Positions 51,668-61,772 of a stretch of 64,000 nucleotides of DNA are shown in pieces. The number at the start of each line of letters is the position of its first letter. Within the stretch, counting starts at the first letter, position 1. The stretch is taken from assembly GCA_963798965.1 (NCBI GenBank), contig CAWCVW010000008.1:890430-954429 (forward strand), given 5' to 3'. The translations under genes were made by a program, and so were the position numbers. Under the pieces are notes generated by a model. That model worked only from the letters and a program-made list of their open reading frames with translations. It had not been told where the DNA came from and searched no databases. The stretch is from an uncultured Actinomycetota bacterium. GTDB taxonomy: Bacteria; Actinomycetota; Actinomycetes; Mycobacteriales; Nakamurellaceae.

Positions 51668-52549
51668 TCACGGCGCGGGCTGCAATGTGAAGTACGCGAC
51701 CTGGGGTGGCGCGTTGATCCGGATGGGCACCACGCTGAAGCCGATGCCGCAGGTGACGAACATCCGGTTGCCGTCCTCCCCGTAGCCCTCGGGGGCCCAT
51801 CCGTCGGCGACGACCTTCTCCTCGCTGTTCAGCGCCAGGTATGACCAGTCGGGAGTGCCGGGGAGGGCCACCTGGCCGCAGTGGGTGTGCCCAGCGACGG
51901 TGAGCGGGGCACTGCCCGCCGGAAGCTGGTCGAACACGGTCGGGTTGTGCATGAGCACCACCCGGGGAGCGCCGTCGGGTACGTCGGCCAGCGCGGCATC
52001 CACGTCGACCAGATTCGGCACCTCTGGGCCGATCCCGACGACGTACAACTGCTTGGCCGGATCATCGCCACTTCCGAGAGCCGGGACGGCCGCGTTGCGC
52101 AGAACGGTGACTCCCGCGTCTTCCAGCGCCGTGGTGAGCTCGGCGGCTCCGTCCGCCTCGTAGTCATGGTTGCCCATCACCGCGTAGGTCGGAATGCCGG
52201 ACGCCAGCAGCGGGTCGAGCAGGTCGAGGAGCGTGTCGGTCTGGGTCTGGATGCCCGGGTCGGAGCTGTACACGAAGTCGCCTCCGAGCAGCACGATGTC
52301 CGGTTTGGCATCAACTGTTGCCTGCACGGCACGTTCGACCATGCCGTGGTTGGCAAACCACATGCCGAGCTGGAAATCGGACAGGACTGCGACCTCGGTG
52401 CCTGCGAGATCGTCGGGCAACCGCGGCAGGGTCACCTCGGCGTGCGCCTCATCGAGGATCAACCGGGGCTCGATCAGTACGCCGTACACCAGCAGGAGAA
52501 CCAGGAAGCCCGCGATCGCCAGGCCGATGCGCTTGAGCCAGCGGGTCAT
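51668..52549 (-). CDS. Membrane-anchored metallophosphoesterase (YkuE-like)
   Basis: SDFQ (DxH variant), GGDF, GNHD, MHNP, GHTHCGQ, GIG; N-terminal TM. Confidence 0.9.
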   Translation of the reverse strand: MTRWLKRIGLAIAGFLVLLLVYGVLIEPRLILDEAHAEVTLPRLPDDLAGTEVAVLSDFQLGMWFANHGMVERAVQATVDAKPDIVLLGGDFVYSSDPGIQTQTDTLLDLLDPLLASGIPTYAVMGNHDYEADGAAELTTALEDAGVTVLRNAAVPALGSGDDPAKQLYVVGIGPEVPNLVDVDAALADVPDGAPRVVLMHNPTVFDQLPAGSAPLTVAGHTHCGQVALPGTPDWSYLALNSEEKVVADGWAPEGYGEDGNRMFVTCGIGFSVVPIRINAPPQVAYFTLQPAP

Positions 52550-53559
52550 CGTGTGCTCCGTTCGTCGGAATCGGCTCGGATCCTGGCCAGGAGTTGTTCC
52601 AGTGCCGAGTTCACCGTGTCCGGGTGGGTGAGGTTCACCATGTGCCCTGCGCCGTTCACCAGGACGAGCGTGGCCAGATCACCGATCTCCTCGGCCAGCC
52701 GTTCTGCCGAGCGGGCCGGAATGGTGGCGTCGTCGGTGCCGGCGAGGACGAGCACGGGAACGGCACGCAGAACGTCGACGGCGTGCCGCTGGTCATATCG
52801 GGCCAGGCCGGTCAGGTAGGCCGACAGGACACCGGCCGGAATGGCGGCCGACATCCTCAACACGGCCCTGACCGCAGATCGAGGCGGGTCCCCGGCGAAC
52901 AGCCGGCGGCCCACCAGCCGCTTTGTCCAGTTGGCCCGAACCGGCCGGAGCATCCCGATCAGCGGTGCCGCGAGCCAGATCAGCCACGCTCCGGCGGTGA
53001 ACAGAGCCATTCTCACCCGCGGTGGGCCGGCCGTGGACCCGACCTCGGGAAGCGGTGCAGCGCGGGTCGAGAGCAGGGCCACTCCGGCGATCCTGGTACC
53101 GAAGAGCTCCGGCCTTTGACCGGCGAGTGCCAGCACGGCCATACCACCCATCGAGTGCCCGGCGAGAACGACGGGACCGTCCCCGGTCAACTCGTCGACG
53201 AGTTGCCCCAGGTCGCGACCCAGCCGGTCCACGGTGGCCGACCGGGGCCCCGCCCAGCCACTGGAGCCGTGCCCCCGCTGGTCGTAGCGGATCAGCCGGG
53301 CGCATCCGCCGAGCGCCGACCACTGCGGGCCGAACATCGTGGCTCTCGCGCCGAATCCGTGGGAGAGCACGACCGTCACCGGCGCGTCGGACGATCCTGC
53401 GGTCTCCACGTGCAGATGTACCCCATCGTCGGTCCGGAAGGCCGGCGGTGACCCCTTCACCCGATCGGCCAGCGCCCGCGCCCGTGCCCGACGCGCCGCC
53501 ATCCCGGCCACCAGGACCGCGCCGGTGACCGCGACAGCCGGGAGACGGCGGACGCTCAT
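52546..53559 (-). CDS. Alpha/beta hydrolase
   Basis: SHGF, YDQRGHGSS, GHSMGG, GTDD, AGHMV. ATGA overlaps at both ends. Confidence 0.88.
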   Translation of the reverse strand: MSVRRLPAVAVTGAVLVAGMAARRARARALADRVKGSPPAFRTDDGVHLHVETAGSSDAPVTVVLSHGFGARATMFGPQWSALGGCARLIRYDQRGHGSSGWAGPRSATVDRLGRDLGQLVDELTGDGPVVLAGHSMGGMAVLALAGQRPELFGTRIAGVALLSTRAAPLPEVGSTAGPPRVRMALFTAGAWLIWLAAPLIGMLRPVRANWTKRLVGRRLFAGDPPRSAVRAVLRMSAAIPAGVLSAYLTGLARYDQRHAVDVLRAVPVLVLAGTDDATIPARSAERLAEEIGDLATLVLVNGAGHMVNLTHPDTVNSALEQLLARIRADSDERSTR

Positions 53560-55046
53560 CGGGACCTCACCTCCAGTGCTTTCGCAGGCGGGGTGTCGTT
53601 CGAGGAGTAGCGGCGGGACGGTGCGAGCAGCAGGTACGCGCAGGTGGCCACCCAAACCCCGCCGAGCAGGAAACCGGCCAGGACATCCGTCGGGTGATGG
53701 GCCGCAACGTAGATCCGGGAGACGCCGATCAACGGGGCGAGGAGCAGCGGCAGCGCCAGGACCGTCCATCGCCACCGGCTCCGAGTATGGGTCAGGACCA
53801 CAGCGGCGATGGCTCCGTACAACGCGACCGACGCGGCAGCGTGACCGGACGGCCAGCTCGCCGCGACGGGAAGCTCACCGGTGAGGTCCGGCACTCGGGG
53901 ACGGAGCCGGCCGACGGCCTGGGCGCTGAGCAGGTACAGCAGCACCTCACCGACCAGGGTGATCAGGACGAAGAGGACGGGACGCCATGATCGTGTGACC
54001 GCCAACGCCAGCACGGCCACCGACAGTCCCACGGAGATCACCGTCCAGGTTCCGGACAGCATGCCGACGGTCTGCATGACCGTGGTCAGATCGCTGGTGC
54101 GGAGCTGGACGAACCACCGCACCACTTGGCGGTCGAACTGGCCCAGCCAGGTGGTGCCCAGCACATTGGTGACCAGCAGACCCAGCGCACTGATCCCGGC
54201 CAGCAGTGCCGCCGCCGCGGTCAGCAGCCGCCCGATTGTTGCCCGGCCCTGAGGTAGCACGGGCTCGGGGGATGAGGCCGGCTGGATCGCCCGTTCCGGC
54301 TCGAGGTGCAGGGGGTCGAGGGGCTCGTCGGGGTCCACTCCCCGGTCGTCCTGCCAGATCTGAAATGCCGCGACGGTGACGGCAAGCCATCCTGCACCCA
54401 GCGCCCACCCGGCGAGCACATCGGAGACGAAGTGGACGCCGAGCGCGAGCCTGGTGAGGGCGACGGCCACCACGACCACCGCCGTGCCGGCGATCAACCA
54501 CGGACGCGCTCCACGGCTGACGCCAGGTAGCGCCAGCAGCAACAGCATGCCGAAGGTCACCAGCGCGGTCGTCGCGTGTCCACTGGGAAAGCTGGCATTG
54601 GAGGGCGTGTCGACCACCGGCGAGGCGACCACCGGCCGCGCGCGGTCGACGATCGCTTTGGTGACCGGCACCAGCACCGACAGACCGATTCCCGTTGTCG
54701 CCACGAACACTGCCAACCGGCGGCGGCGTCTGACGATCAGGAACAGGGTGGCCAGACTGAACAGCAGTACCGCCGTTTCGGTCCCCCCAAGGGTGGTCAG
54801 CGCCGTCAGCACGCCGACCGCTACCGGTGACTGGCTCACGACGGCATTCAGATCGGCGGCAACATCCCCGTCCAGCACCGCCAGTGGCGCCCAGGCGTTT
54901 TGCATGAGCAGCCAGAGCAACAAGAACGGAGCAGCACCGAGTACCACGGCCATCCAGCCGACGATGGCCCGGGTCTCGAACCGTCGGAAGCCGACGGTGC
55001 TGTGCACATTGTCGGCGCGATCGCCGGAACGCAGAACTGGTTGCAT
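53556..55046 (-). CDS. Tandem (double) PAP2 phosphatase membrane protein
   Basis: K..DRARP..SFPSGH..TRLALGVHFVSD, then RLRP..SWPSGH..SRIYVAAHHPTD. Confidence 0.9.
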   Translation of the reverse strand: MQPVLRSGDRADNVHSTVGFRRFETRAIVGWMAVVLGAAPFLLLWLLMQNAWAPLAVLDGDVAADLNAVVSQSPVAVGVLTALTTLGGTETAVLLFSLATLFLIVRRRRRLAVFVATTGIGLSVLVPVTKAIVDRARPVVASPVVDTPSNASFPSGHATTALVTFGMLLLLALPGVSRGARPWLIAGTAVVVVAVALTRLALGVHFVSDVLAGWALGAGWLAVTVAAFQIWQDDRGVDPDEPLDPLHLEPERAIQPASSPEPVLPQGRATIGRLLTAAAALLAGISALGLLVTNVLGTTWLGQFDRQVVRWFVQLRTSDLTTVMQTVGMLSGTWTVISVGLSVAVLALAVTRSWRPVLFVLITLVGEVLLYLLSAQAVGRLRPRVPDLTGELPVAASWPSGHAAASVALYGAIAAVVLTHTRSRWRWTVLALPLLLAPLIGVSRIYVAAHHPTDVLAGFLLGGVWVATCAYLLLAPSRRYSSNDTPPAKALEVRSR

Positions 55047-55889
55047 CGGGGAGTGACTCCCTGGTGACTGATTGTTCCCGAACTGACAATGCTGTGTTTC
55101 CAACAGTCAGTTTCCGCAGCGGAACATCGGACTTGTGTACCTGACATGACCGATGCAGATCCCGCTTCGCACTTCTCCGGGTAAATCTTACGCGGTGCTC
55201 GGTTCGATCGATCCGGTGTGCCTTTGACGACGAATTCCCCGGCGTATTCCCCGGTCCGGACTCTCCGATCCGGTCATCAGCGCTCCGACCGCACATTTGC
55301 CCGACTGGCGCGTCGGTTCGTGTCGCCGCGCGGTCACGTATCGATGATATGAATTGTTGTGAGTCATGCAGGCGCGTCCGGTTTGTCACGTTGAACCGCG
55401 ACGGACACATTGCGCCCTGACCGCGACAGAATGGCAGCCATAGTCGATCCCAACCGGCAGAGCGGCGATCGACCTCGGCCCCGTTTGCCAGATGGTGCGT
55501 CGCGGCGAGCCGGCAGCTGATGTCACGCCTGCAGCTGTGGTGGCCGCGGCGGATGAGGTCCGCGAAAGTGCTTCCCGCCAGGCAATGTCGCGACGATGTG
55601 CTCGGGTGCCTTGTCCGCAAAAGTGCCGTCTGTTCCTGGTGGGCAGCTGCCACCTGTGTTGATTGTGTCGACCCGCCGCCCCCACACATCGGAGAGCAGG
55701 CCGTTGACGGGATTTGCCTGCGCTGCAACCCTTGCGACCCAACAATGATTGCGGTTGGATATGAAACGCCCATCCAGGTGGGCCGTCACGTACCGGCCCG
55801 GGTCATGTTGCCGGGTGTGATGCCCGCCGCGAACGTTGGTTCACACGGCGGAGAACGAGGATGCCGCCTTCGGGCAAGGGAGTCTGCAC

Positions 55890-56807
55890 ATGGTCAACCC
55901 GTCCGGTGAGCAGCACATCGTGCAGTTCGGTCGGCAACGCGCCGTGGTGGTCGAGGTCGGCGGCGGCATCCGAGCCTTCACCGACGGTGACAGGGCAGTG
56001 CTACAGGATTATCCGGTGACGGCCATGTGTGACGGCGCGCATGGCGCTCCACTGATTCCTTGGCCGAATCGGCTCGGCGACGGTCGGTATCAGTTCTTCG
56101 GGGCCGACCATCAACTGCCGTTGACGGAGCCGGCCAAGCACACTGCAATCCACGGCCTCCTCCGATGGCGTTCGTGGCGGGCGGTGCGGAAGGAGCCGGA
56201 TCGGGTCGTCATGGGCATCCGGTTGCACCCCGTGCCGGGGTATCCGTTCGCTCTGGATGTCGAGGTGTCCTATCAGCTCGATGCGGCGGGTTTGACCGTT
56301 CGAACCACGGCGACCAACGTGGGTGATGCCGCCTGTCCGTTTGCCTGCGGTCAGCATCCCTATCTGTCACCGGGGCACGGCTTGATCGACGGATGCGAGT
56401 TGGAACTACCGGCCCGGACCCGCATCGTGACCGATCCGGAGCGGCAACTTCCCACCGGCTGCGAGCAAGTGGGCGGCACGGCGTTCGATTGGCGTCGCCA
56501 GCGCGCAGTGGGACAAGCGCGTCTCGACGACGGCTTCACCGATCTGGAGCGCGACAGCGACGGCCGGGCATGGGTGACTCTGCACCGCCCTGACGGCTGC
56601 CTGGTGCAGGTTTGGATGGACGACGCGTATCCCATCGTCGAGCTGTTCACCGGCGACACGCTGACAGCCGATCGCCGTCGGCGCGGTCTGGGTGTGGAGC
56701 CCATGTCGGCGCCACCGAACGCATTCCGCAGTGGTGAGCTGGTCCACACGCTGCGGCCGGGAGAGTCGTGGTCCGCCGAGTGGGGGGCTCGCCTGCGAGC
56801 CGCATGA
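55890..56807 (+). CDS. Aldose 1-epimerase family protein
   Basis: LIPWPNRLGDGRY, AIHGL, GQHPYL, DDGF, GVEPM. Confidence 0.9.
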   Translation: MVNPSGEQHIVQFGRQRAVVVEVGGGIRAFTDGDRAVLQDYPVTAMCDGAHGAPLIPWPNRLGDGRYQFFGADHQLPLTEPAKHTAIHGLLRWRSWRAVRKEPDRVVMGIRLHPVPGYPFALDVEVSYQLDAAGLTVRTTATNVGDAACPFACGQHPYLSPGHGLIDGCELELPARTRIVTDPERQLPTGCEQVGGTAFDWRRQRAVGQARLDDGFTDLERDSDGRAWVTLHRPDGCLVQVWMDDAYPIVELFTGDTLTADRRRRGLGVEPMSAPPNAFRSGELVHTLRPGESWSAEWGARLRAA

Positions 56808-56911
56808 TGATCAGATCGCACCATCGGCCGACAGCGATGGCGCTCGGTGGCGCCTGGCCGACCTGGGTCATGGCCGTGCTGTGACACACCAGAGGCAGTT
56901 CGTCGGTTCGC

Positions 56912-58042
56912 TCAGGTGAAGTACAGCACCTGCGCACTCGGCAGCACGGCGGCCAGTTCGCTACTGAACCACGACTTCAACTCGGCCATCACGGGCGCGG
57001 GATACACGAACTTCACCGCGCCGAACTTGCCCCGCTTCTGCCGCCGCAGATCTTCGGCCATTTCCAGATGCGTTCTGGGGTACCACCCGAGCAGGACATC
57101 CCGGCTCCGGCGGGTGAACCGATGAGTGATCAGCTCCACCGTCAGGTCGACATCCGGGACTGCCGCGAGTTCGGCGTGAACGGCTCGCAGGAGGGCGCCG
57201 TATTCCTCCTGCCAGCCGTCCACCGGCATGATGGGCGCAATCGTGAGACCGACCGGGTATCCCGAGAGCGCCAGCCGGCGCAGCGCGAGCAGGCGGCGCT
57301 GCATCGACGCCGTGCCGCCTTCGAACCGGTCACCCACCGATGCGGCATTGACCGACATCCGGATCCGGGTCCGCCCGCGGTGGTCGAGGCCCAGCAATGG
57401 CTCGACGTCATCGAACTTGGTGGTGGCCCGCAACTGCACCGGCCCGGCCCAATCGTGTCGCCCGAAGTGAGTGACAGCCGCACTCAGCGAGCCCGTGACG
57501 GCCTCGATGCCGAGCGGATCGGTGTAGCAGGACGCCTCGAAGGTGGTGCCCTCCGCATCCCGCGCCCGAGATCCGGTCGTCACCGTGCTGGCGCCGACAT
57601 GGGAGTCGAGACCGCCCAGGATCTCGTCGATGTTCGCGTAGGCCCTGATCACCGGGGGGCCTGTCAACGAGCCGGCGAGATAGCAGTACTGGCAGTGCGC
57701 CGGGCAACCCTCGGCCAGGTCGAAACGCCAATCCGCACTGGGCGGGATCGGCTGCAGCCGGAGCTTCGACGGCGGCGCCACGACGACCGCCATCGTCGAC
57801 TTGGCCCGCCCGTATCGGTCACGGGGATTGTCCCCGGCGACAGCGGGCGGCCGGTCCGCGGTGAGCAAGGTGATGTCGGAGACACCCGCCGCCTCGCAGC
57901 GCTGCACGATGTCCCGGCCATGCGGTCGTTCGTAGGCCGACCTGGTCACCAGGACGTGTTGGGGCCTCCACCTGCGCGGGCCGGTGCCGCCGGCACCGGG
58001 CTGCGCGGTTGGCACGGTGGCGGGCGTCGAACTTGTTGCCAT
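56912..58042 (-). CDS. splB: Spore photoproduct lyase (radical SAM)
   Basis: GCPAHCQYCYL, FEASCYTD (H-donor Cys), TKF, GYPVG..IAPI, ELITHRFT, K.GKFG..KFVY, C-terminal YFT. Start uncertain (58042-58108). Confidence 0.88.
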   Translation of the reverse strand: MATSSTPATVPTAQPGAGGTGPRRWRPQHVLVTRSAYERPHGRDIVQRCEAAGVSDITLLTADRPPAVAGDNPRDRYGRAKSTMAVVVAPPSKLRLQPIPPSADWRFDLAEGCPAHCQYCYLAGSLTGPPVIRAYANIDEILGGLDSHVGASTVTTGSRARDAEGTTFEASCYTDPLGIEAVTGSLSAAVTHFGRHDWAGPVQLRATTKFDDVEPLLGLDHRGRTRIRMSVNAASVGDRFEGGTASMQRRLLALRRLALSGYPVGLTIAPIMPVDGWQEEYGALLRAVHAELAAVPDVDLTVELITHRFTRRSRDVLLGWYPRTHLEMAEDLRRQKRGKFGAVKFVYPAPVMAELKSWFSSELAAVLPSAQVLYFT

Positions 58043-58104
58043 CACGACTGTTCCAACGTCCGTCATCCGGTGGTTAGTCCGGCTCACTGATGCCGTTCGG
58101 GTGG

Positions 58105-59850
58105 TCACCGGGTGAAGACGCTCACCACCAACGGCGTGTCCGCGGCGACCGGTCTGCCTGCGGGAATCGACTGCGTCGCCACCCGGCCGGACCGCCCGCG
58201 GGGTGCGGGCGCCCGGACGGCGTCCTGCGACCGACCTGAGAGACCGGGCATCACCATCAGCGCGTTGTTCGAGACCGTGACGGCGACCGTCGAACCGGGA
58301 CGGACCTGGGATTGCGCGGACGCATTCTGAGCGATGATCTTGCCCTTGTCGGCATCCGAAGAGGCCTTGAGCTGCTGGGCGTACAAGAGCTTCACCGCAG
58401 CCAGCCGTGCGCGCGCCTGGCTTGTTGTCGAACCTACGAGGTCCGGCACGACGACAACCGTGACCCCGCGCCCGATCTCGATGGAGACAACGGTGTTGCG
58501 GTCGACCTGTGTCAGCGAGGACGGCCGCTGGTCCACCACCTTGCCTTTCGAGGGGTCGCTCGACTCGACCCGGCTGGCGACGCCGAGGGTGAGCCCACGT
58601 TCGCGAAGGATTTCGGCTGCCTGCTGGGGGTGCGCCCCGACAGGTCAGGAACGGCCACCAGTGGAGGCGGCGGGGCGGCGGTCAGCACAGCGCCGGTGAC
58701 CTGCGCAGCACCGAAGAGGGCACATGCACAGGCTGCGGCGAGCACCCACCGCCCCCAGCGGGTCGGGCGCGGAAGATCGGTGGAATCTGACTCCGGTGAA
58801 TCCGCCACGCCGGCCACCAGGTCCGGTGGCTGCAGCAGGAGTGGTTGCAGCAGCGGTGGTGCCGGGACGGTTGCCGCCGCCAGTCGCCTTGGACGTCCGA
58901 GTCCGCGGTTGCTCCAGGACGTCGGTACCGCCGGCTCCATCCGTGTTCGTGCTCCCGCCGACCGCGGGCAACGATCTGCCGGCTCATCGCGGCTCGCACG
59001 GCGATGCGCATCTCGGTGGCGGTCTGATAGCGATCCAAGGGTGTGATCCGGGTGGCCTTCCGCACGATGTCGACGAGCTCGGCAGGGACCTGCGCAGCTC
59101 CTGACAACCCTGCAGTGATTGCGGAGAGGTGTTGTGTGGCCAGCGCCGCGGGGGAGTCGGCATCGAACAGCGGTCGCCCGGTGAGCATCTGCCAGAGCAG
59201 GCAGCCGCAGCCGTACACGTCGGATCGGCCATCCAGCGGTGCGCCGATCAGTTGTTCGGGCGAGGCGCACTGTAGGGCCGGGATCTGCGGCGGTCCACCG
59301 GCACCCGCACCGAAGTCCATCACTTTGGGTACACCGCTGCCGTCCAGCATGACGGTCGCGGCGGAGAGTCCGCGGTGCACCACCCCGTGTCGGTGCGCAA
59401 ACTCCAGAGCCTCCAGAATTCCCACCGTGACCTCCAGGGCTCGCGGTGCCGGATGCCTGCCCTCGTGGGCGAGGACTGCTTGCAATGTGTCCCCGTCGAC
59501 GTACTCCAGGACGATGTACGGGACGGGTCGTGCGTCGTCGGCGCCGTCCCCCGCGTCCTGGTTGCGGTCGTGCCGGGTTCGGTCGTGCGGGGTGTGGTCG
59601 TGGTCGATCCGGCTCTGCTGGACGCGGGTGTCATTCCCGGCGTCGTATTCGCCGGTGTCATAGATGCCCACGATGCCCGGATGGTCCAGGGCACAGGCGT
59701 TGTCGGCCTCACGGCGGAATCGCGTCACCGCTGTTCGGTCGGCCGACATCGTGGTTCGCAGAACCTTGATGGCGACCTTGCGGCACAGCCGCGAGTGGCC
59801 GGCTCCGTCGGTTCCCGTTGGTAGGGACCGTGTAGCGGCCACTGTCCGCC
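58105..59850 (-). pseudogene. Frameshifted PknB-like Ser/Thr kinase-TM-PASTA gene
   Basis: VAIKVL, RFRREA, HPGIVGIYDTG, YIVLEYVDG, DFG, SPEQ, DGRSDVY in one frame; TM and VPDLSG in a second; PASTA repeats in a third. Catalytic loop reads HRGLSAATV. Confidence 0.8.
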
Positions 59851-59878
59851 GGGAGCTCGCGCGACGCAACAGCAGTTG

Positions 59879-60781
59879 TCAGGTGTCAGGCCGAGGTGTC
59901 CGCGCCACCACGACCGGACAACCGCTGCGGTGCAACAGGCTCTGCCCGGTCGCCCCGAGGAACGGTCCGCTGTTCACCCCGCGGCCGGTGTCACCGATCA
60001 CCAGCAGGTCCGTCCGCCGGGAGAAGTCGAGCAGCGTGGCGGTGGGTGAGCCGAAGAGCACGATCGGGGTGACAGGTACGCCTGGGTATCGGATCTGCCA
60101 TGGCGCCAGCTGGTGCGCCATCACAGCTCGCCCCTCCGCGTCCTGGCCACCATGGCCACCGGGATCCGTGCCGGCCGACGGCATCGTGTCCCCCACCAAC
60201 TGGTAGGGGAAGGCGCCGTCGATGGACGCGTCATGCCTGACGTGTAGCACCAGCAGGCGCACGTTGCGGCGCTGCGCCGCTGCGAACGCGACGTCCAACC
60301 CTGCCTTTGGCACCGCGATGCCGTCCATCGCGACCGCCACCGGACGGCGCGCCGATGAGGCGTGCTCCGGACGGACGACCACCACCGGACTGCGGCTGGT
60401 CGACGCCACGAAGAAGGCCACCGACCCCAGCGGAGCGCCGGGCGCCCGGCCCGCGCCCCAGGAACCCACCACTGTGAGCAGCGCGTCGTCCGCGATGTCC
60501 ACCAGAGATGCGGCGGCCGGCGGATCGGTCAATACGGCGGTGATCGGAACCGACGGATGCCGTTCGACCAAACCTGCGACAGCGTCATCGAGCAACGCCC
60601 GGCCGCGGGTTTTTCCCTTGCTGTGATCCCGCCCGACCGAATACACCAGGCGGAGCCCGGCTCCACAGCCTTCGGCTTCGACCGCAGCCCATTCCGCAGC
60701 GTGCCGCGAGCACTCCGACCCATCGAACCCGGCGATGAGATGTTCGGCGCCAGTGGCGGTTCGGCGGTCGTCTGGTCTCAC
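59879..60781 (-). CDS. Tandem universal stress protein
   Basis: AGFDGSE, VVGSWG, GSVA, VIGDTG, GCPVVVA. Confidence 0.85.
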   Translation of the reverse strand: MRPDDRRTATGAEHLIAGFDGSECSRHAAEWAAVEAEGCGAGLRLVYSVGRDHSKGKTRGRALLDDAVAGLVERHPSVPITAVLTDPPAAASLVDIADDALLTVVGSWGAGRAPGAPLGSVAFFVASTSRSPVVVVRPEHASSARRPVAVAMDGIAVPKAGLDVAFAAAQRRNVRLLVLHVRHDASIDGAFPYQLVGDTMPSAGTDPGGHGGQDAEGRAVMAHQLAPWQIRYPGVPVTPIVLFGSPTATLLDFSRRTDLLVIGDTGRGVNSGPFLGATGQSLLHRSGCPVVVARTPRPDT

Positions 60782-60793
60782 GGCCGGCGGCGC

Positions 60794-61588
60794 TCAGGAG
60801 GTGGGCGAGCCATCCGGTGATCCGCCCAACCGGATCACCGATTGCGGCCACAGGCCACCGCCGATCGCGTCCCGCATCCTCATCCGCTCCTCGACGCCGG
60901 ACAGCGGTGACGGCAGGACGTCGGTGTGCACATCGGCAGCCACCGCGGTCAGCAGCACCCGCTCGAGTGCCTGCCCGGCCTGTAGACGAGCTGTCGGGAG
61001 GTCCCGGAGCGAGCCGACCACCGCCGTGATGCCCGAGCGCAGATCCGGCAACGTAGGGGAGCGGTGCGCGCCCCACAGCGCAATGACCTGCTCCTCGCTC
61101 AACGTCGCCAACCAAGCCTGCTCGATCTTCGCGGACTGCCGGAGGCGGGTCATCGTTGCCGCCGGCACTCCGCTTCGGGTGACAGCATGTTGCAACTGGT
61201 CCCGCACCAGCGGGATGGCTTCCAGCAGAGCCAGATCCTCCGGGGCAGGCACACCCTGGCCCTGGGGTTGGACGACCGCGATCAGGTCAGGCTGCTCGCT
61301 GTCGGGCAGGAGATGGACCGTCGCATGCACCCCGAGGGCGCGTACCGCCACCCGCAGATCGAGGATCACCCGGCCGCATTGGATCAGTAGTTCCCTGCCT
61401 TCCGCGCCCGCCGCCGGGCGGGCGCCAGTCGTGTGCCCGGCCGCCGCGGGGGATCGCAGTTCGAAACCCCGGCTACTGCATTCCACGGTCCATTCGACAT
61501 CGTGCTGATGGAGATGGACGACCGAGTCGAGGACGAAGCGGACCTCGTCACTTGCAAGGCTGCCGACCGAAGCCTCGATGGAGTACAC
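60794..61588 (-). CDS. Degenerate Acg-family nitroreductase-like protein
   Basis: RELLIQCGRVILDLRVAVRALG, PDLIA, LQAGQALERVLLTA, WPQSVIRLG. Confidence 0.7.
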   Translation of the reverse strand: MYSIEASVGSLASDEVRFVLDSVVHLHQHDVEWTVECSSRGFELRSPAAAGHTTGARPAAGAEGRELLIQCGRVILDLRVAVRALGVHATVHLLPDSEQPDLIAVVQPQGQGVPAPEDLALLEAIPLVRDQLQHAVTRSGVPAATMTRLRQSAKIEQAWLATLSEEQVIALWGAHRSPTLPDLRSGITAVVGSLRDLPTARLQAGQALERVLLTAVAADVHTDVLPSPLSGVEERMRMRDAIGGGLWPQSVIRLGGSPDGSPTS

Positions 61589-61690
61589 CGGAACACCCTC
61601 CGTTCGCGTGACCGGACTTACGTGCGGCCCCCCGCCTGTCGCCCGGTCCTACTCGGCCTCACTGTCCACCTCAGGCGCATTCGGTCAGTA

Positions 61691-61724
61691 GGGCCGAATG
61701 ACCCGGCATGGCGCTGAAAGTGCC
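61691..61724. promoter_or_regulatory. DosR/DevR-like box GGGCCGAATGACCC plus a weak second site 20 bp downstream
   Basis: Between divergent acg-like and dosS-like genes; near-identical to 43211-43224. Confidence 0.6.
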
Positions 61725-61772
61725 CGATGTTCGGTGCGGCGCAGGTCGCGGCCGGTGTGCCACAGTGAGCCA

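Noticed and set aside
55515-55570. Hammerhead-like CTGATG...GATGAG...CGAAA words
   Set aside because: The core is CGGATGAG, stem II cannot form, and stems I and III are absent.
55455-55720. Glycosyltransferase-like C-terminal fragment (IDLGPVC...VTPAAVVAAADEV)
   Set aside because: Too short and weak to call without a search.
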